Assembly (NCBI GenBank): GCA_963842855.1
Contig: CAWJHW010000002.1
Span: forward strand, 203,187 to 267,186
Direction: 5' to 3'
DNA from: an uncultured Methylomirabilota bacterium
GTDB taxonomy: Bacteria > Methylomirabilota > Methylomirabilia > Methylomirabilales > 2-02-FULL-66-22
Length of the DNA: 64,000 bases
Positions 1 through 8,750 of the stretch are shown piece after piece. A program made the position numbers and the translations under genes. The notes beneath the pieces were generated by a model. That model ran no database searches. It worked only from the letters and a program-made list of their open reading frames with translations, and was not told the origin of the DNA. Numbering within the stretch: the stretch's first letter is position 1; every line of letters begins with the position of its first letter.

Positions 1-1
1 T

Positions 2-679
2 CCAAAGAAGGCCGTCCTGAATGAGTATCTGGGTTATCTCGAACGGAGAGTCAGGGGGCTGGAGGTGACTCTGGAGATGGGGAAGGAGCTCACCGCCGAA
101 ATGGTGGGAGCTGGGAAGCCGGATGCGGTTATCGTGGCGTCCGGAGCACGTCCGCTCGTTCCCGATTGGAAGGGGATGCAGGAGAGCGGGGCCATTTCCG
201 CTGAAGCCGTCTTCGCTGGGGAAGGAACCGTGGGAAAGCGGGTTCTGGTGGTTGGGGGGAGTGGGATTGGAACGGAGACGGCTGATTACCTGTCGGAGAT
301 GGGGAAAGAGGTCACCGTGGTCGAGATGTTGGGAGAGATCGCCTCGGATTTCGTGATCCACTTGAAATATCACCTTTCGCATCGGCTCGCGGAAAAAGGG
401 GTTACCGTCCTCACCTCCACCAAGGTGAAGGAGCTGGGAAAGGGGTACGCTCTGGTGGAGGACGCCTCAGGAACACGAAAGATCGGGGGATTCGACACCA
501 TCGTGTTGGCCGTGGGCTCGAAACCGGACGACCGTATCGCCAAAGACCTTGAGGGAAAGGTGCCGGAACTCTATGTGATCGGTGACGCCTCCAAGCCGGG
601 GGAGATCCTGCAAGCTGTCTATGGGGCAGAAGAGGCCGCGATCAAGATCGGCTCTCCCGGGAATCGTGTGGGGAATTGA
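2..679 (+). CDS. C-terminal part of an FAD/NAD(P)-binding pyridine-nucleotide oxidoreductase (NADH:flavin oxidoreductase / 2,4-dienoyl-CoA reductase-like); 5' end lies outside the window
   Basis: Frame 2 is open from position 2. Contains a second Rossmann motif VLVVGGSGIGTETA and a C-terminal YVIGDA motif typical of this family. Confidence 0.7.
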   Translation, partial: PKKAVLNEYLGYLERRVRGLEVTLEMGKELTAEMVGAGKPDAVIVASGARPLVPDWKGMQESGAISAEAVFAGEGTVGKRVLVVGGSGIGTETADYLSEMGKEVTVVEMLGEIASDFVIHLKYHLSHRLAEKGVTVLTSTKVKELGKGYALVEDASGTRKIGGFDTIVLAVGSKPDDRIAKDLEGKVPELYVIGDASKPGEILQAVYGAEEAAIKIGSPGNRVGN

Positions 680-838
680 CCCCCATTGCGCTATGCTCCG
701 GCCCCGGAACGGAGGGCTGGCGCATTCGCAACGTTGAGGAGAAGCGATGCGCTCGCTTCCGCCGGATCTCTCGCCGTCCGCCAGAGTACGCTTCCGCATG
801 TTCAAAATTGGATCGGGCTGATTGGAACGGAGTGGAGC

Positions 839-1579
839 ATGGCAGAGCCGAACAGCCGCGTGATCGTCGCCCTGGATGTGCCGACGCTCGACGAGGCGTC
901 GGACCTGGCCCGGCGGCTTGCCCCCCACGTGGCCGCCGTCAAGATCGGCAGCCAGCTCTTCACGGCCGAGGGGCCCCGAGCAGTGCACGCCATGCGCGAC
1001 CTCGGCCTCCGGGTGTTCCTGGACCTGAAGTTCCACGACATTCCCAACACCGTCGCGGGGGCCGTGACCTCGGCGAGGAACCTGGGCGTCTGGATGTTGA
1101 ACGTCCACTGCAGCGGCGGCACCGTCATGATGGCCGAGGCCGCGAAGGCGGCCTCTGTGGCAAACCCAGGGGAACGCCCCCTCGTCCTGGGGGTCACCGT
1201 CCTGACCAGCCTGGACGAGGCGGCCCTCCAGGCGATCCTTGGGACCACCCGGACACTGCGCGAGGAGGTGCAGCACCTGGCGCGACAGGCGCAGGGCGCA
1301 GGGTTGGACGGGGTCGTGGCCTCGCCCCACGAGATCGTTGACATTCGCCAAGCGTGTGGCCCCGCCTTCGTGATCGTGACGCCGGGAGTACGTCCGACCG
1401 ACGCAGACCGAGGTGACCAGCGCCGAGTGATGACGCCCGGTGAAGCCATGTGGGTCGGTGCAGACTACGTGGTCGTGGGACGCCCGATCCTCGCCGCAAA
1501 GGACCCCGTCGAGGCGGCGCAACGGATTGCGGAGGAATGCATGAAGGCGTTACAGGCTACCGGGAGAGTCGCGGGATGA
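839..1579 (+). CDS. pyrF: orotidine 5'-phosphate decarboxylase
   Basis: ATG at 839 inside ORF 686..1579. Motifs VALDV, KIGSQLF, FLDLKFHDIPNTV and VVVGRPI. Adjacent to pyrE. Confidence 0.9.
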   Translation: MAEPNSRVIVALDVPTLDEASDLARRLAPHVAAVKIGSQLFTAEGPRAVHAMRDLGLRVFLDLKFHDIPNTVAGAVTSARNLGVWMLNVHCSGGTVMMAEAAKAASVANPGERPLVLGVTVLTSLDEAALQAILGTTRTLREEVQHLARQAQGAGLDGVVASPHEIVDIRQACGPAFVIVTPGVRPTDADRGDQRRVMTPGEAMWVGADYVVVGRPILAAKDPVEAAQRIAEECMKALQATGRVAG

Positions 1580-1610
1580 AGAGGAAGACGCCGGACCCGG
1601 AGGACGTCGC

Positions 1611-2219
1611 ATGTTGAGTCAAGCCGACCAGAAGCTGGTGGACGATCTCACCGCCATCCAGGCCCTGAAGTTCGGCGAATTCCGCCTGAAGTCCGGCGTG
1701 CTTTCCCCCTTCTACGTGGACCTGCGCGGCATCATCGCCCATCCGCCCATCCTTAAGGCGATCGCCCTCCGCATCCTGGAGGTCCTGCGGCCCCTTCGCT
1801 TCGACCGGATCGCCGGCATCCCGTACGCCGGCCTGCCCATCGCCACGGCCGTCTCGCTGGCGGGGAACCTTCCCATGCTGTATGCTCGGAAAGAGGTGAA
1901 GGAGCACGGCATCCGCCGGGCCATCGAAGGCGCCTTCGCTCCGGGCGACGTGATCGTCCCCATCGACGACGTGATCACCGACGGTGCCAGCAAGTTCGAG
2001 GCGGTGGCGCCACTCATCGAGGCGGGGCTCACGGTGCGGGACTTCGTGATCTTCCTGGATCGGGAGCAGGGTGGCGCCGACAAGCTGAAGGAGAGAGGAT
2101 ACGCGCTCCACAGCGCGTTACGGATCTCCGCCGTCCTGGCATACCTCCGGGATGCCGGTCGCCTTGCGCCCGATCAGTTCCAGCGCTGCATGGATTTCAT
2201 CGCCACGGTTCGCTTCTAG
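1611..2219 (+). CDS. pyrE: orotate phosphoribosyltransferase
   Basis: FGEFRLKSG...SPFYVDLR N-terminus and PRPP loop VIVPIDDVITDGASK. Confidence 0.9.
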   Translation: MLSQADQKLVDDLTAIQALKFGEFRLKSGVLSPFYVDLRGIIAHPPILKAIALRILEVLRPLRFDRIAGIPYAGLPIATAVSLAGNLPMLYARKEVKEHGIRRAIEGAFAPGDVIVPIDDVITDGASKFEAVAPLIEAGLTVRDFVIFLDREQGGADKLKERGYALHSALRISAVLAYLRDAGRLAPDQFQRCMDFIATVRF

Positions 2220-2254
2220 GCGCTGCCGACGGGCAGCGCCGGTTCCCCGTTTAA

Positions 2255-2297
2255 GGTGCAAGGTTCAACGTTGAACATCCAACCCCGAACATCGAAC
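2255..2297. repeat. tandem-word hairpin element (GTTCAAC/GTTGAAC words)
   Basis: Perfect 14-bp palindrome gttcaacgttgaac (2263-2276), followed by 7-nt words gttgaac atccaac cccgaac atcgaac. Fills the pyrE-rarA spacer. Confidence 0.6.
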
Positions 2298-2299
2298 TG

Positions 2300-3626
2300 G
2301 TGATGAGCCAAGAGCTCTTCCCCCGCGAATCTCCGCCGCCCCGAAAGGCAGCGCCCCTGGCCGACCGGATGCGTCCCCGCACGCTGGAGGAGTTCGTCGG
2401 CCAGGCGCATCTTCTGGGCGAGGGGAAGGTGCTCCGCGTGGCCCTGGAGCAGGGGGAGGTCCCATCCTTGATCCTCTGGGGGCCGCCCGGCACGGGCAAG
2501 ACGTCCCTGGCCATGCTCATCGCCAGTCGCGTGAAGGCGGCCTTCACGCCGTTCTCTGCGGTCAGCTCGGGCATCAAGGAGATCAAAGAGGTCATCGGCG
2601 AGGCGGATCGAAGGCTGCGCGGCGCGGGCCAGCGCACCATCCTCTTCGTGGACGAGATCCACCGCTTCAACAAGGCCCAGCAAGACGCCTTCCTCCCCCA
2701 CGTCGAGCGCGGCACCATCACCCTGATCGGCGCCACCACCGAGAACCCTTCCTTCGAGGTGATCGCGCCGCTGCTCTCCCGGGCCAAGGTCGTGGTGCTG
2801 CACCCGCTGTCCGAGGCCGACATCCGGCTGATCGTGGACCGCGCCCTTACGGACACCGAGCGGGGATTGGGGAAGAGCCGGCCTGCAAGTGCCCGAGGAC
2901 GCCCTGGCCGCCATCACCGGCTGGGCCAACGGGGACGCGCGCGCCGCCCTGAATCTCCTGGACCTCTCGGCCCGGCTGGCCCGGGCCTCGGATCAGCCGC
3001 GTGTCATCAGCTTGGCCATCGTCCAGGAAGCGGCGCAGAAGCGGAGCCTCCTCTACGACAAGGCAGGCGAGGAGCATTACAATCTCATCTCGGCCCTGCA
3101 CAAAAGCCTGCGGGGCAGCAATCCCGACGCGGCCCTGTACTGGCTGGCGCGCATGCTGGCCTCGGGCGAGGACCCGCTCTACATCGCCCGGCGCCTGGTC
3201 CGCTTTGCTTCCGAGGACATCGGCAACGCCGATCCATCCGCGCTCTCGTTGGCCGTCGCGGCCAAAGAGGCCTACCACTTTCTGGGGACCCCGGAGGGGG
3301 AGTTGGCTCTGGCCCAGTGCGTGACCTACCTGGCCACGGCGCCCAAGAGTAACGCCGTGTATGCCGCCTTTGGCGAGGCGCAGGCCGACGTGGCTTCCGC
3401 CCCGGCCGAGCCGGTGCCGCTCCACATCCGGAACGCCCCAACCCGATTGATGAAGGAGCTGGGCTACGGCGAGGGCTACAAGTACGCCCACGACTACGAG
3501 GGGGCCTACGCGGAACAGGACTACCTGCCCGAGAGCCTCCGGGGCCGCGTGTACTACCGGCCCACCGACCGAGGCTTGGAGGCGGAGATCCGGAAACGCC
3601 TGGCTGCGTGGCGCCGCCGGACGTGA
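2300..3626 (+). pseudogene. rarA: replication-associated recombination protein A (RarA/MgsA AAA+ ATPase), interrupted by an apparent 1-nt frameshift near 2878
   Basis: The N-terminal half (Walker [10 protein letters not shown], Walker [12 protein letters not shown]) is in frame 2. The C-terminal half ([49 protein letters not shown]) is in frame 3. The total length of 1327 nt is 3n+1. Confidence 0.8.
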
Positions 3627-3929
3627 GCGCTTCCTCGTAAGAATTCCCGCCGCGCGAAGGAGCCCCCGGGGGCGGCCCGAGGCGCAGGGGCGTGCGGGGG
3701 CGGCGGGTCCGGCCCGGAGGTCCGCCGGGGACCCCCTGGGTGGGCGGGCCGACCCTGAGCAAGACCGCCCCACCCCGCCCCTGGCGGGGTACCGTCGCGG
3801 CCCGGTCGTCCGAGGGCTCGCCTCCGGGGCGATGTCACGCGAACCACTGCAACGAGGTACGACGGATCCGTTTTCGTTTCCCTCGGCCCATGAGCGCTGT
3901 CTCTCATCCCCACCATGCGGCTTTTTGCC

Positions 3930-3959
3930 TTGACACTGGTTGTGCACCTTTGATTTGAT
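3930..3959 (+). promoter_or_regulatory. putative sigma70-type promoter upstream of the HU gene
   Basis: Perfect TTGACA at 3930-3935, and an AT-rich tttgat/tgataa -10 candidate 17-18 nt downstream. Confidence 0.3.
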
Positions 3960-4040
3960 AACAGCGACAGGCGTGCTCGCGAGGTTCGTCTTCATGCTCA
4001 TTTCTCGTGTTCCCGTGGAAAACAAGAGAGGAGGCAGCCT

Positions 4041-4313
4041 ATGACGAAGGCGGAGCTGGTGGATCGGATGGCCAAGGATGCCAAGATCAGCAAGAAGGCG
4101 GCCGAGGTGGCACTGAATAGTTTCATGATGGGCGTGCGGGACACGTTGCGGAAGGGGAAGCGGGTGAGCCTGGTCGGGTTCGGGACCTTCGCGGTCGGGT
4201 GCCGGGCGGCGCGGAACGGCCGGAACCCTCAGACGGGCGAGGCTATCAAGATCAAGGCGGCGAAGATCCCGAAGTTCAAGGCGGGAAAAGCCCTGAAGGA
4301 CGCCGTGCGGTAA
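4041..4313 (+). CDS. hup: HU-family nucleoid-associated DNA-binding protein
   Basis: 90 aa, MTKAELV...GFGTF...[10 protein letters not shown] motif. AGGAGG-like RBS upstream. Confidence 0.9.
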   Translation: MTKAELVDRMAKDAKISKKAAEVALNSFMMGVRDTLRKGKRVSLVGFGTFAVGCRAARNGRNPQTGEAIKIKAAKIPKFKAGKALKDAVR

Positions 4314-4362
4314 AACGGCTGGAACGCAAGAAGGCTGCGAAGCTGGGAGGCGAAAAAGAACA

Positions 4363-4409
4363 GAGAGCCCTGGGAAGGCGCATTCCCAGGGCTCTCGTGT
4401 TTTTCTTTG
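4363..4409. terminator. bidirectional rho-independent terminator between HU (+) and ltaE (-)
   Basis: Stem agagccctggga/tcccagggctct with loop aggcgcat, followed by gtgtttttcttt on the + strand and preceded by an A-run (T-run on the - strand). Confidence 0.7.
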
Positions 4410-4419
4410 CGTTGAGGGC

Positions 4420-5469
4420 TCAGCCGAGGATCGCCTTGAGGGCCACCAGCGTCCTGAGAATCCCGGCCCGGTCCAGATCCTTGTGGGTGACCATGCGGAT
4501 GCGATCCTGGCCGATGGCGAAGGCCTTGATCCCTTGCTCCCCGAGCTTCAGGATCAGGCCGGCTGCATCCAGATCCTTCCGATTCACGCTGAAGATCACG
4601 ATGTTCGTCTGGACGAGGTTGAGGTCGATCTGAATCCCCGGCAGCCTTGCCAGTCCATCGGCCAGCACCCGCGCGTTCTCGTGATCCTCCCGCAGCCGAT
4701 CCACCATCGTCTCCAGGGCCACGATGCCCGCCGCGGCCAGGATGCCCGCCTGGCGCATGCCCCCGCCGAGCATCTTCCGCGCCCGCCGGGCGCGGTCAAT
4801 GAAGGCCCGCATCCCCGTGACCACGGATCCGACCGGCGCCCCCAGTCCCTTGGAGAGGCAGAAGGTCACGGAGTCGGCCTGGGCGGCCACCTCGCGTACG
4901 GGGACGCCGGTCGCCACACAGGCGTTGAACACGCGGGCGCCGTCCAGGTGAACAGCCAGCCCGTGCTCGGTCGCGATCCGGTGGATCGCGCGCAGGGTCT
5001 CCAGGGGATACACCGTGCCGCCCCCGCGATTGTGGGTGCTTTCCACGCAGACAAGCGTGTCCTTCGGATGGTGGACATTGGGGGGTCGAATCGCCCGCCT
5101 CACGTCCTCCGGATCCAGGATCCCGTGGCGCCCGTGAAGCGTCCGCGGCTGCACGGCCGAGAGGACCGCCAGGGCGGCCACCTCGTAGTTGAAGATGTGC
5201 GAATTCTCATCCAGGATGATCTCGTCCCCCCGCTGGGTGTGGGCCATCAGGCAGACCTGGTTGCCCATAGTCCCAGAGGTGACGAAGAGGCCCGCCTCCT
5301 TCCCCAACCGCTCGGCCGCAATCGCCTCCAGGCGATTGACCGTCGGGTCCTCGCCGAAGACATCGTCCCCGACTTCCGCCTCGGCCATGGCTCGCCGCAT
5401 CTCGGGCGTCGGCCTGGTCACGGTGTCGCTGCGGAGATCCACCACCTGATCGGGTCGCGTCGCTGCCAT
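4420..5469 (-). CDS. ltaE: low-specificity L-threonine aldolase (PLP-dependent)
   Basis: [11 protein letters not shown]...[12 protein letters not shown]...SGTMGNQ...[10 protein letters not shown] motifs. ATG at 5469 is preceded by GAGGAG. Confidence 0.85.
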   Translation of the reverse strand: MAATRPDQVVDLRSDTVTRPTPEMRRAMAEAEVGDDVFGEDPTVNRLEAIAAERLGKEAGLFVTSGTMGNQVCLMAHTQRGDEIILDENSHIFNYEVAALAVLSAVQPRTLHGRHGILDPEDVRRAIRPPNVHHPKDTLVCVESTHNRGGGTVYPLETLRAIHRIATEHGLAVHLDGARVFNACVATGVPVREVAAQADSVTFCLSKGLGAPVGSVVTGMRAFIDRARRARKMLGGGMRQAGILAAAGIVALETMVDRLREDHENARVLADGLARLPGIQIDLNLVQTNIVIFSVNRKDLDAAGLILKLGEQGIKAFAIGQDRIRMVTHKDLDRAGILRTLVALKAILG

Positions 5470-5536
5470 CACTCGCTCCTCTTCGTACCACGACATGTAC
5501 AGCCTGGAAGCCTCGCAGCTCGTCTCTCGCTCCATC

Positions 5537-6040
5537 TCAGAGCCCCTTCAGGCGTCGCTGCCGCTGCCGTTCCGCCTTAGGCAGGCGCCGGGCAACGCCC
5601 TTGCCCGCCTTGACGGGGCGTTCTTCCTCTTCGCCACCCTTCAGTGAGGTCAATCGGCTTGCCTCGATCCTGGCCATGAACTCCGCGCCGGAAAGGGAGG
5701 CGGCCCCCTGTCGCCGCGCGGCCTCGGCGACCTCGCGATCCGAGCTGACCACCACAGCCCCCTCTCCACCCTCGGCAACCAGCCGCGCGATGACCGAGTC
5801 GGCCGTCTCCCCCCGCTTGGAGTAGTGCACCCCGATGCCGCCGGCGCTCCCGGTCGCTTCCGAGAATCCGCCCTGCTCCCGCCCGTCGAAGACCACGGTG
5901 ACCTTGTGCCCCTTAGCCCGCCGGTACGATTGCAGTTCCCGCAGCAGGGCCTCTCGGCCCGACTGGAGGTCGGCTCGATCCAGCATGGCCAGTTCGGGCC
6001 ACTGCCGGATGACGTTGTACCCGTCAACGATGATCCACAT
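5537..6040 (-). CDS. NYN-domain (YacP/Rae1-like) predicted ribonuclease
   Basis: [11 protein letters not shown]...VVFDG...VVSSD pattern. ATG at 6040. Confidence 0.7.
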   Translation of the reverse strand: MWIIVDGYNVIRQWPELAMLDRADLQSGREALLRELQSYRRAKGHKVTVVFDGREQGGFSEATGSAGGIGVHYSKRGETADSVIARLVAEGGEGAVVVSSDREVAEAARRQGAASLSGAEFMARIEASRLTSLKGGEEEERPVKAGKGVARRLPKAERQRQRRLKGL

Positions 6041-6049
6041 CTCTCTGGA

Positions 6050-6107
6050 CTGGCAACCTGGCAACTTGGATTCCCTGATTGCCCGGTTGCCTGATTGCCA
6101 GATTGCC
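6050..6107. repeat. tandem-word hairpin element (GGCAAnnn / nnnTTGCC words)
   Basis: Left arm ctggcaacctggcaacttgg, right arm tgattgcccggttgcctgattgccagattgcc. Occupies the whole thiE-NYN spacer and abuts the thiE stop codon. Confidence 0.8.
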
Positions 6108-6784
6108 TAGCCGCCTCGCCGCGCAGCGGCGACGGCGGCGAGGAGCTCGGCGGCGGCTGCGCCAGGGTCCGATACGGCCATCACTGCGGAGATCACGCCG
6201 ACGCCATCGGCACCCGCCGCCATCACATCGGGAATCCGTACGGCGTTGATGCCCCCGATCGCCAGGATCGGAAGGGATGTGATCGCCCGCGCCTGCCGCA
6301 CGATCTCCGTCGTCAGCGGAGGGCCAAACGGAGCTTTCGACGGCGTCTCGAAGATGGGCCCGAGCACGACGAAATCCGCGCCGCCCTCCTCCGCTTCTCG
6401 AACCTCTGCCGGGGAATGGCACGAGACGCCGACGAGTTTGCCGGCTCCCAAGAGATCGCGGGCCTCCCTGGGGGGGAGGCTTCGCCGCGTGAGCTGGACC
6501 CCGTCGGCCGAGAGGGCCAAGGCCACGTCCACCCGATCGTTGACGAGCAACGCCGCGCCGGCCGCCCGAGTCATGGCGAGAACTTTTCCTGCGACATGGT
6601 ACAGGTCCCGGGTGGGAAGATCCTTCTCCCGGAGCTGGACCGCGCGCACTCCGGCCCGGAGGGCCTGCCCCACGACGGTGAGGAGATCGCGGTCACCTAC
6701 CTGGTGCCGATCGGTCACGAGGTACAGGCCCCACTTCCGTGGATTTCGAAATTCGAAATTCGAAATTCGAAATGGGGATTCCAC
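6107..6784 (-). CDS. thiE: thiamine-phosphate synthase
   Basis: LYLVTD, VQLREKD, VNDRVD, GVSCH, GPIF.T.SK and ILAIGGI motifs. The only in-frame start upstream of LYLVTD is GTG at 6784, so the N-terminus is encoded by a repeat; the start is uncertain. Confidence 0.85.
   Translation of the reverse strand: MESPFRISNFEFRNPRKWGLYLVTDRHQVGDRDLLTVVGQALRAGVRAVQLREKDLPTRDLYHVAGKVLAMTRAAGAALLVNDRVDVALALSADGVQLTRRSLPPREARDLLGAGKLVGVSCHSPAEVREAEEGGADFVVLGPIFETPSKAPFGPPLTTEIVRQARAITSLPILAIGGINAVRIPDVMAAGADGVGVISAVMAVSDPGAAAAELLAAVAAARRGG
6743..6773. repeat. self-complementary tandem heptamer array (ATTCGAA x4)
   Basis: atttcgaa attcgaa attcgaa attcgaa at, located at the thiG/thiE junction. Confidence 0.8.
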
Positions 6785-7560
6785 TACTCGATCATCCCCT
6801 CCATCGTCGTAGAGGCAGACGCGTACAGTTTCTTCGGAATCCGGCCCGCCAGGTAGGCCTGCCTCCCCGCCTCCACGGCCTTCCGCATGGCGTCCGCCAT
6901 CATCACGGGATCCTTGGCCCCGGCGATGGCGGTGTTCATCAGAACCCCGTCGGAGCCCAGCTCCATGGCGACGGCGGCGTCCGACGCCGTCCCCACTCCG
7001 GCGTCCACGATGACAGGAACCCGAACCGTCTGGAGGATGATCGTGATGTTGTGGGGGTTCCGGAGTCCCAGTCCCGACCCGATGGGCGCCCCCAGCGGCA
7101 TCACGGCGGCCGCGCCGGCGTCCTCCAGCTTCCTGGCCATCACGGGATCGTCGTTCACGTAGGGAAGGACGATGAAGCCTTCCTTCACCAGGGTCCGGGT
7201 GGCCTTCAACAGTTCCTCGTTGTCGGGGAACAGGGTCCGCTGGTCGCCGATGACCTCCAGCTTGACCATCTCTGGCATCCCCACCTCGCGGGCCAGCCGC
7301 GCGTACTTGCAGGCCTCCTCGGCCGTGTAACAGCCGGCGGTGTTGGGGAGCAGCGTGTACCGCTTGACGTCGATGTAATCCAGGAGCGACTCCTGCTTCC
7401 GGTCCAGGTTCACGCGACGGACCGCCACGGTGACGATCTCCGTCCCCGATGCCTCCAGCGCCTTCTGCATGGTGGAATAGTCGGGATACTTTCCGGTTCC
7501 CACGATGAGGCGCGACTGGAACTCCCTCCCGGCAAACTTCAGCGTTGCACCATCACGCAT
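6784..7560 (-). CDS. thiG: thiazole synthase
   Basis: [37 protein letters not shown] and VIVDAGVG motifs. Confidence 0.95.
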   Translation of the reverse strand: MRDGATLKFAGREFQSRLIVGTGKYPDYSTMQKALEASGTEIVTVAVRRVNLDRKQESLLDYIDVKRYTLLPNTAGCYTAEEACKYARLAREVGMPEMVKLEVIGDQRTLFPDNEELLKATRTLVKEGFIVLPYVNDDPVMARKLEDAGAAAVMPLGAPIGSGLGLRNPHNITIILQTVRVPVIVDAGVGTASDAAVAMELGSDGVLMNTAIAGAKDPVMMADAMRKAVEAGRQAYLAGRIPKKLYASASTTMEGMIE

Positions 7561-7632
7561 GACATACCTCCTCGCCGGGAACGGCTTATCGGGGTTCGAC
7601 CGGACTCTGCCCCTGACCCCCGGCCCTCAGTT

Positions 7633-7833
7633 TCAACCACCCGCCATGATCGTGAGGATCTCGACCGCATCACCCGGCTGCAGGACAACCTCCCCGTACC
7701 GGTCGCGCTTGATGATATCCTCATTCCACTGGACCGCCACGCGCATCGGGTGCAGCCCCAGCTCGTCCAGGAGCTGGCGGATCGAGATCCCCTCCGCGAC
7801 CTCGCGCGTCTTCCCGTTCAACCGAATCTCCAT
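7633..7833 (-). CDS. thiS: sulfur-carrier protein ThiS
   Basis: 66 aa from MEIRLNGK, ending in GG. Lies immediately upstream of thiG. Confidence 0.85.
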   Translation of the reverse strand: MEIRLNGKTREVAEGISIRQLLDELGLHPMRVAVQWNEDIIKRDRYGEVVLQPGDAVEILTIMAGG

Positions 7834-7897
7834 AGCACCTACCCACAACCCGGCGACAGCGACAGGGATATCCGATCCCGCCAGCGGGGGGACTGCC

Positions 7898-7925
7898 CCT
7901 CTCGGCTCTAGGCTCTCGGCTCTCC
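7898..7925. repeat. one-armed tandem-word element (CTCGGCT / GAGAGCC words)
   Basis: cctctcggctctaggctctcggctctcc, in the nudix-thiS spacer. Confidence 0.6.
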
Positions 7926-7926
7926 C

Positions 7927-8373
7927 TCAGACGACACCCATTCGCCGGCCAGCCGCCAACATCCGATTGATCACCTCGGCCGTTCCCCTGGTCATCTCGT
8001 ATCCGGGAAAGTCTTCCGGTGGCACCCAGCGAGCCTCGAGCACCTCGGACGACGGCGCGAGCTCCCCGCTCACCCATCGCGCCAGGTAATCGATGATGAC
8101 ATAATGATATTGGATCCGGCCGGATTCGTCGCGCACCATTCGTTCCACGACCTCGATCACATCCGTCAGATCGACCTCGACCCCGCACTCCTCCCGGATC
8201 TCGCGCTGGGTGGCCGGCCTGAGGCCCTCGCCCAGGTCTACGGCCCCGCCCGGAACCGACCAGAGGCCATAGCTCGGCTCTTTCCCCCGCCTGGCCAGCA
8301 GGACTCGCCCATCCTTGACCACGATGGCGCCCACCGCCACGATCGGCCGATCCGGATACTGTCGCGTCGTCAT
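7927..8373 (-). CDS. NUDIX hydrolase
   Basis: Nudix box GGAVDLGEGLRPATQREIREECGV. It is the first gene after the TPP riboswitch. Confidence 0.85.
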   Translation of the reverse strand: MTTRQYPDRPIVAVGAIVVKDGRVLLARRGKEPSYGLWSVPGGAVDLGEGLRPATQREIREECGVEVDLTDVIEVVERMVRDESGRIQYHYVIIDYLARWVSGELAPSSEVLEARWVPPEDFPGYEMTRGTAEVINRMLAAGRRMGVV

Positions 8374-8379
8374 GCCTTC

Positions 8380-8452
8380 AGAGCCTAGAGTCGAGAGCCG
8401 CGAGCCGAGACCGGAGGACCCCTCGGCTCTCGGTTCTAGGCTCTCGGCTCTC
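8380..8452. repeat. tandem-word hairpin element (GAGAGCC / GGCTCTC words)
   Basis: Left arm gagcctagagtcgagagccgcgagccgaga, loop ccggaggaccc, right arm ctcggctctcggttctaggctctcggctctc. Confidence 0.8.
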
Positions 8453-8491
8453 AGAAAAAGAAACCGCGGCCCCAGAGGGGATGCCGCGGCT
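8452..8491 (-). terminator. intrinsic terminator forming the expression platform of the TPP riboswitch
   Basis: The minus strand reads CCGCGGC-AUCCCCUCUGGG-GCCGCGG followed by UUUCUUUUUCU. Confidence 0.6.
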
Positions 8492-8507
8492 CATTCGCGT
8501 TGCGTGC

Positions 8508-8599
8508 CCGCTTTCCTACGCCGGCATTACCCGGGTCAGGTTCGGAGGGTTGCGCCGTCCAAACAGACGGCGACTCTCAGCGCGCGCTCCCCTAGCGGT
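8508..8599 (-). promoter_or_regulatory. TPP (THI-element) riboswitch aptamer
   Basis: The minus strand reads ACCGCUAGGGGAGCGCGCGCUGAGAGUCGCCGUCUGUUUGGACGGCGCAACCCUCCGAACCUGACCCGGGUAAUGCCGGCGUAGGAAAGCGG. It contains the hallmark GCUGAGA and ACCC..GAACCUGA.CCGG.UAAU.CCGGCGUAGG blocks plus a closing P1 helix. Confidence 0.85.
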
Positions 8600-8605
8600 A
8601 CTCGC

Positions 8606-8634
8606 ATGATATCGGATGTGACCGGAGTTGTCAA
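8606..8634 (-). promoter_or_regulatory. sigma70-type promoter driving the riboswitch-thi operon
   Basis: Minus strand TTGACA (8634-8629), 17-nt spacer, TATCAT (8611-8606). The predicted start falls at the first base of riboswitch P1. Confidence 0.55.
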
Positions 8635-8648
8635 CGGCTGCCGGAGCC

Positions 8649-8690
8649 AATTCTCATTCCGCATTCCACATTCCGAATTCCGCATTTCCG
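8649..8690. repeat. one-armed tandem heptamer array (ATTCCGC words x6)
   Basis: aattctc attccgc attccac attccga attccgc atttccg. Confidence 0.75.
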
Positions 8691-8714
8691 GATGCCCCCT
8701 CTTGGCAGCAGTCC

Positions 8715-8743
8715 TTGGCACGCCCCACCTCCTGGGGTATAGT
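8715..8743 (+). promoter_or_regulatory. putative promoter giving a leaderless transcript of the NFACT gene
   Basis: TTGGCA (8715-8720), 17-nt spacer, TATAGT (8738-8743). The ATG at 8751 lies 7 nt after the -10 hexamer. Confidence 0.4.
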
Positions 8744-8750
8744 CTGCGGC

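Noticed and set aside
3627-3900. ORFs in the very GC-rich rarA-HU spacer (3085-3762(-), 3554-3916(-), 3692-3958(+)).
   Set aside because: Their translations are low-complexity Pro/Arg/Gly strings without start signals. The spacer is treated as noncoding and no repeat or RNA motif was recognised in it.
7849-7926. Possible TPP riboswitch directly upstream of thiS.
   Set aside because: It lacks the CUGAGA and ACCUGA..UAAU..GCG blocks. The genuine aptamer is at 8508-8599, upstream of the Nudix gene.
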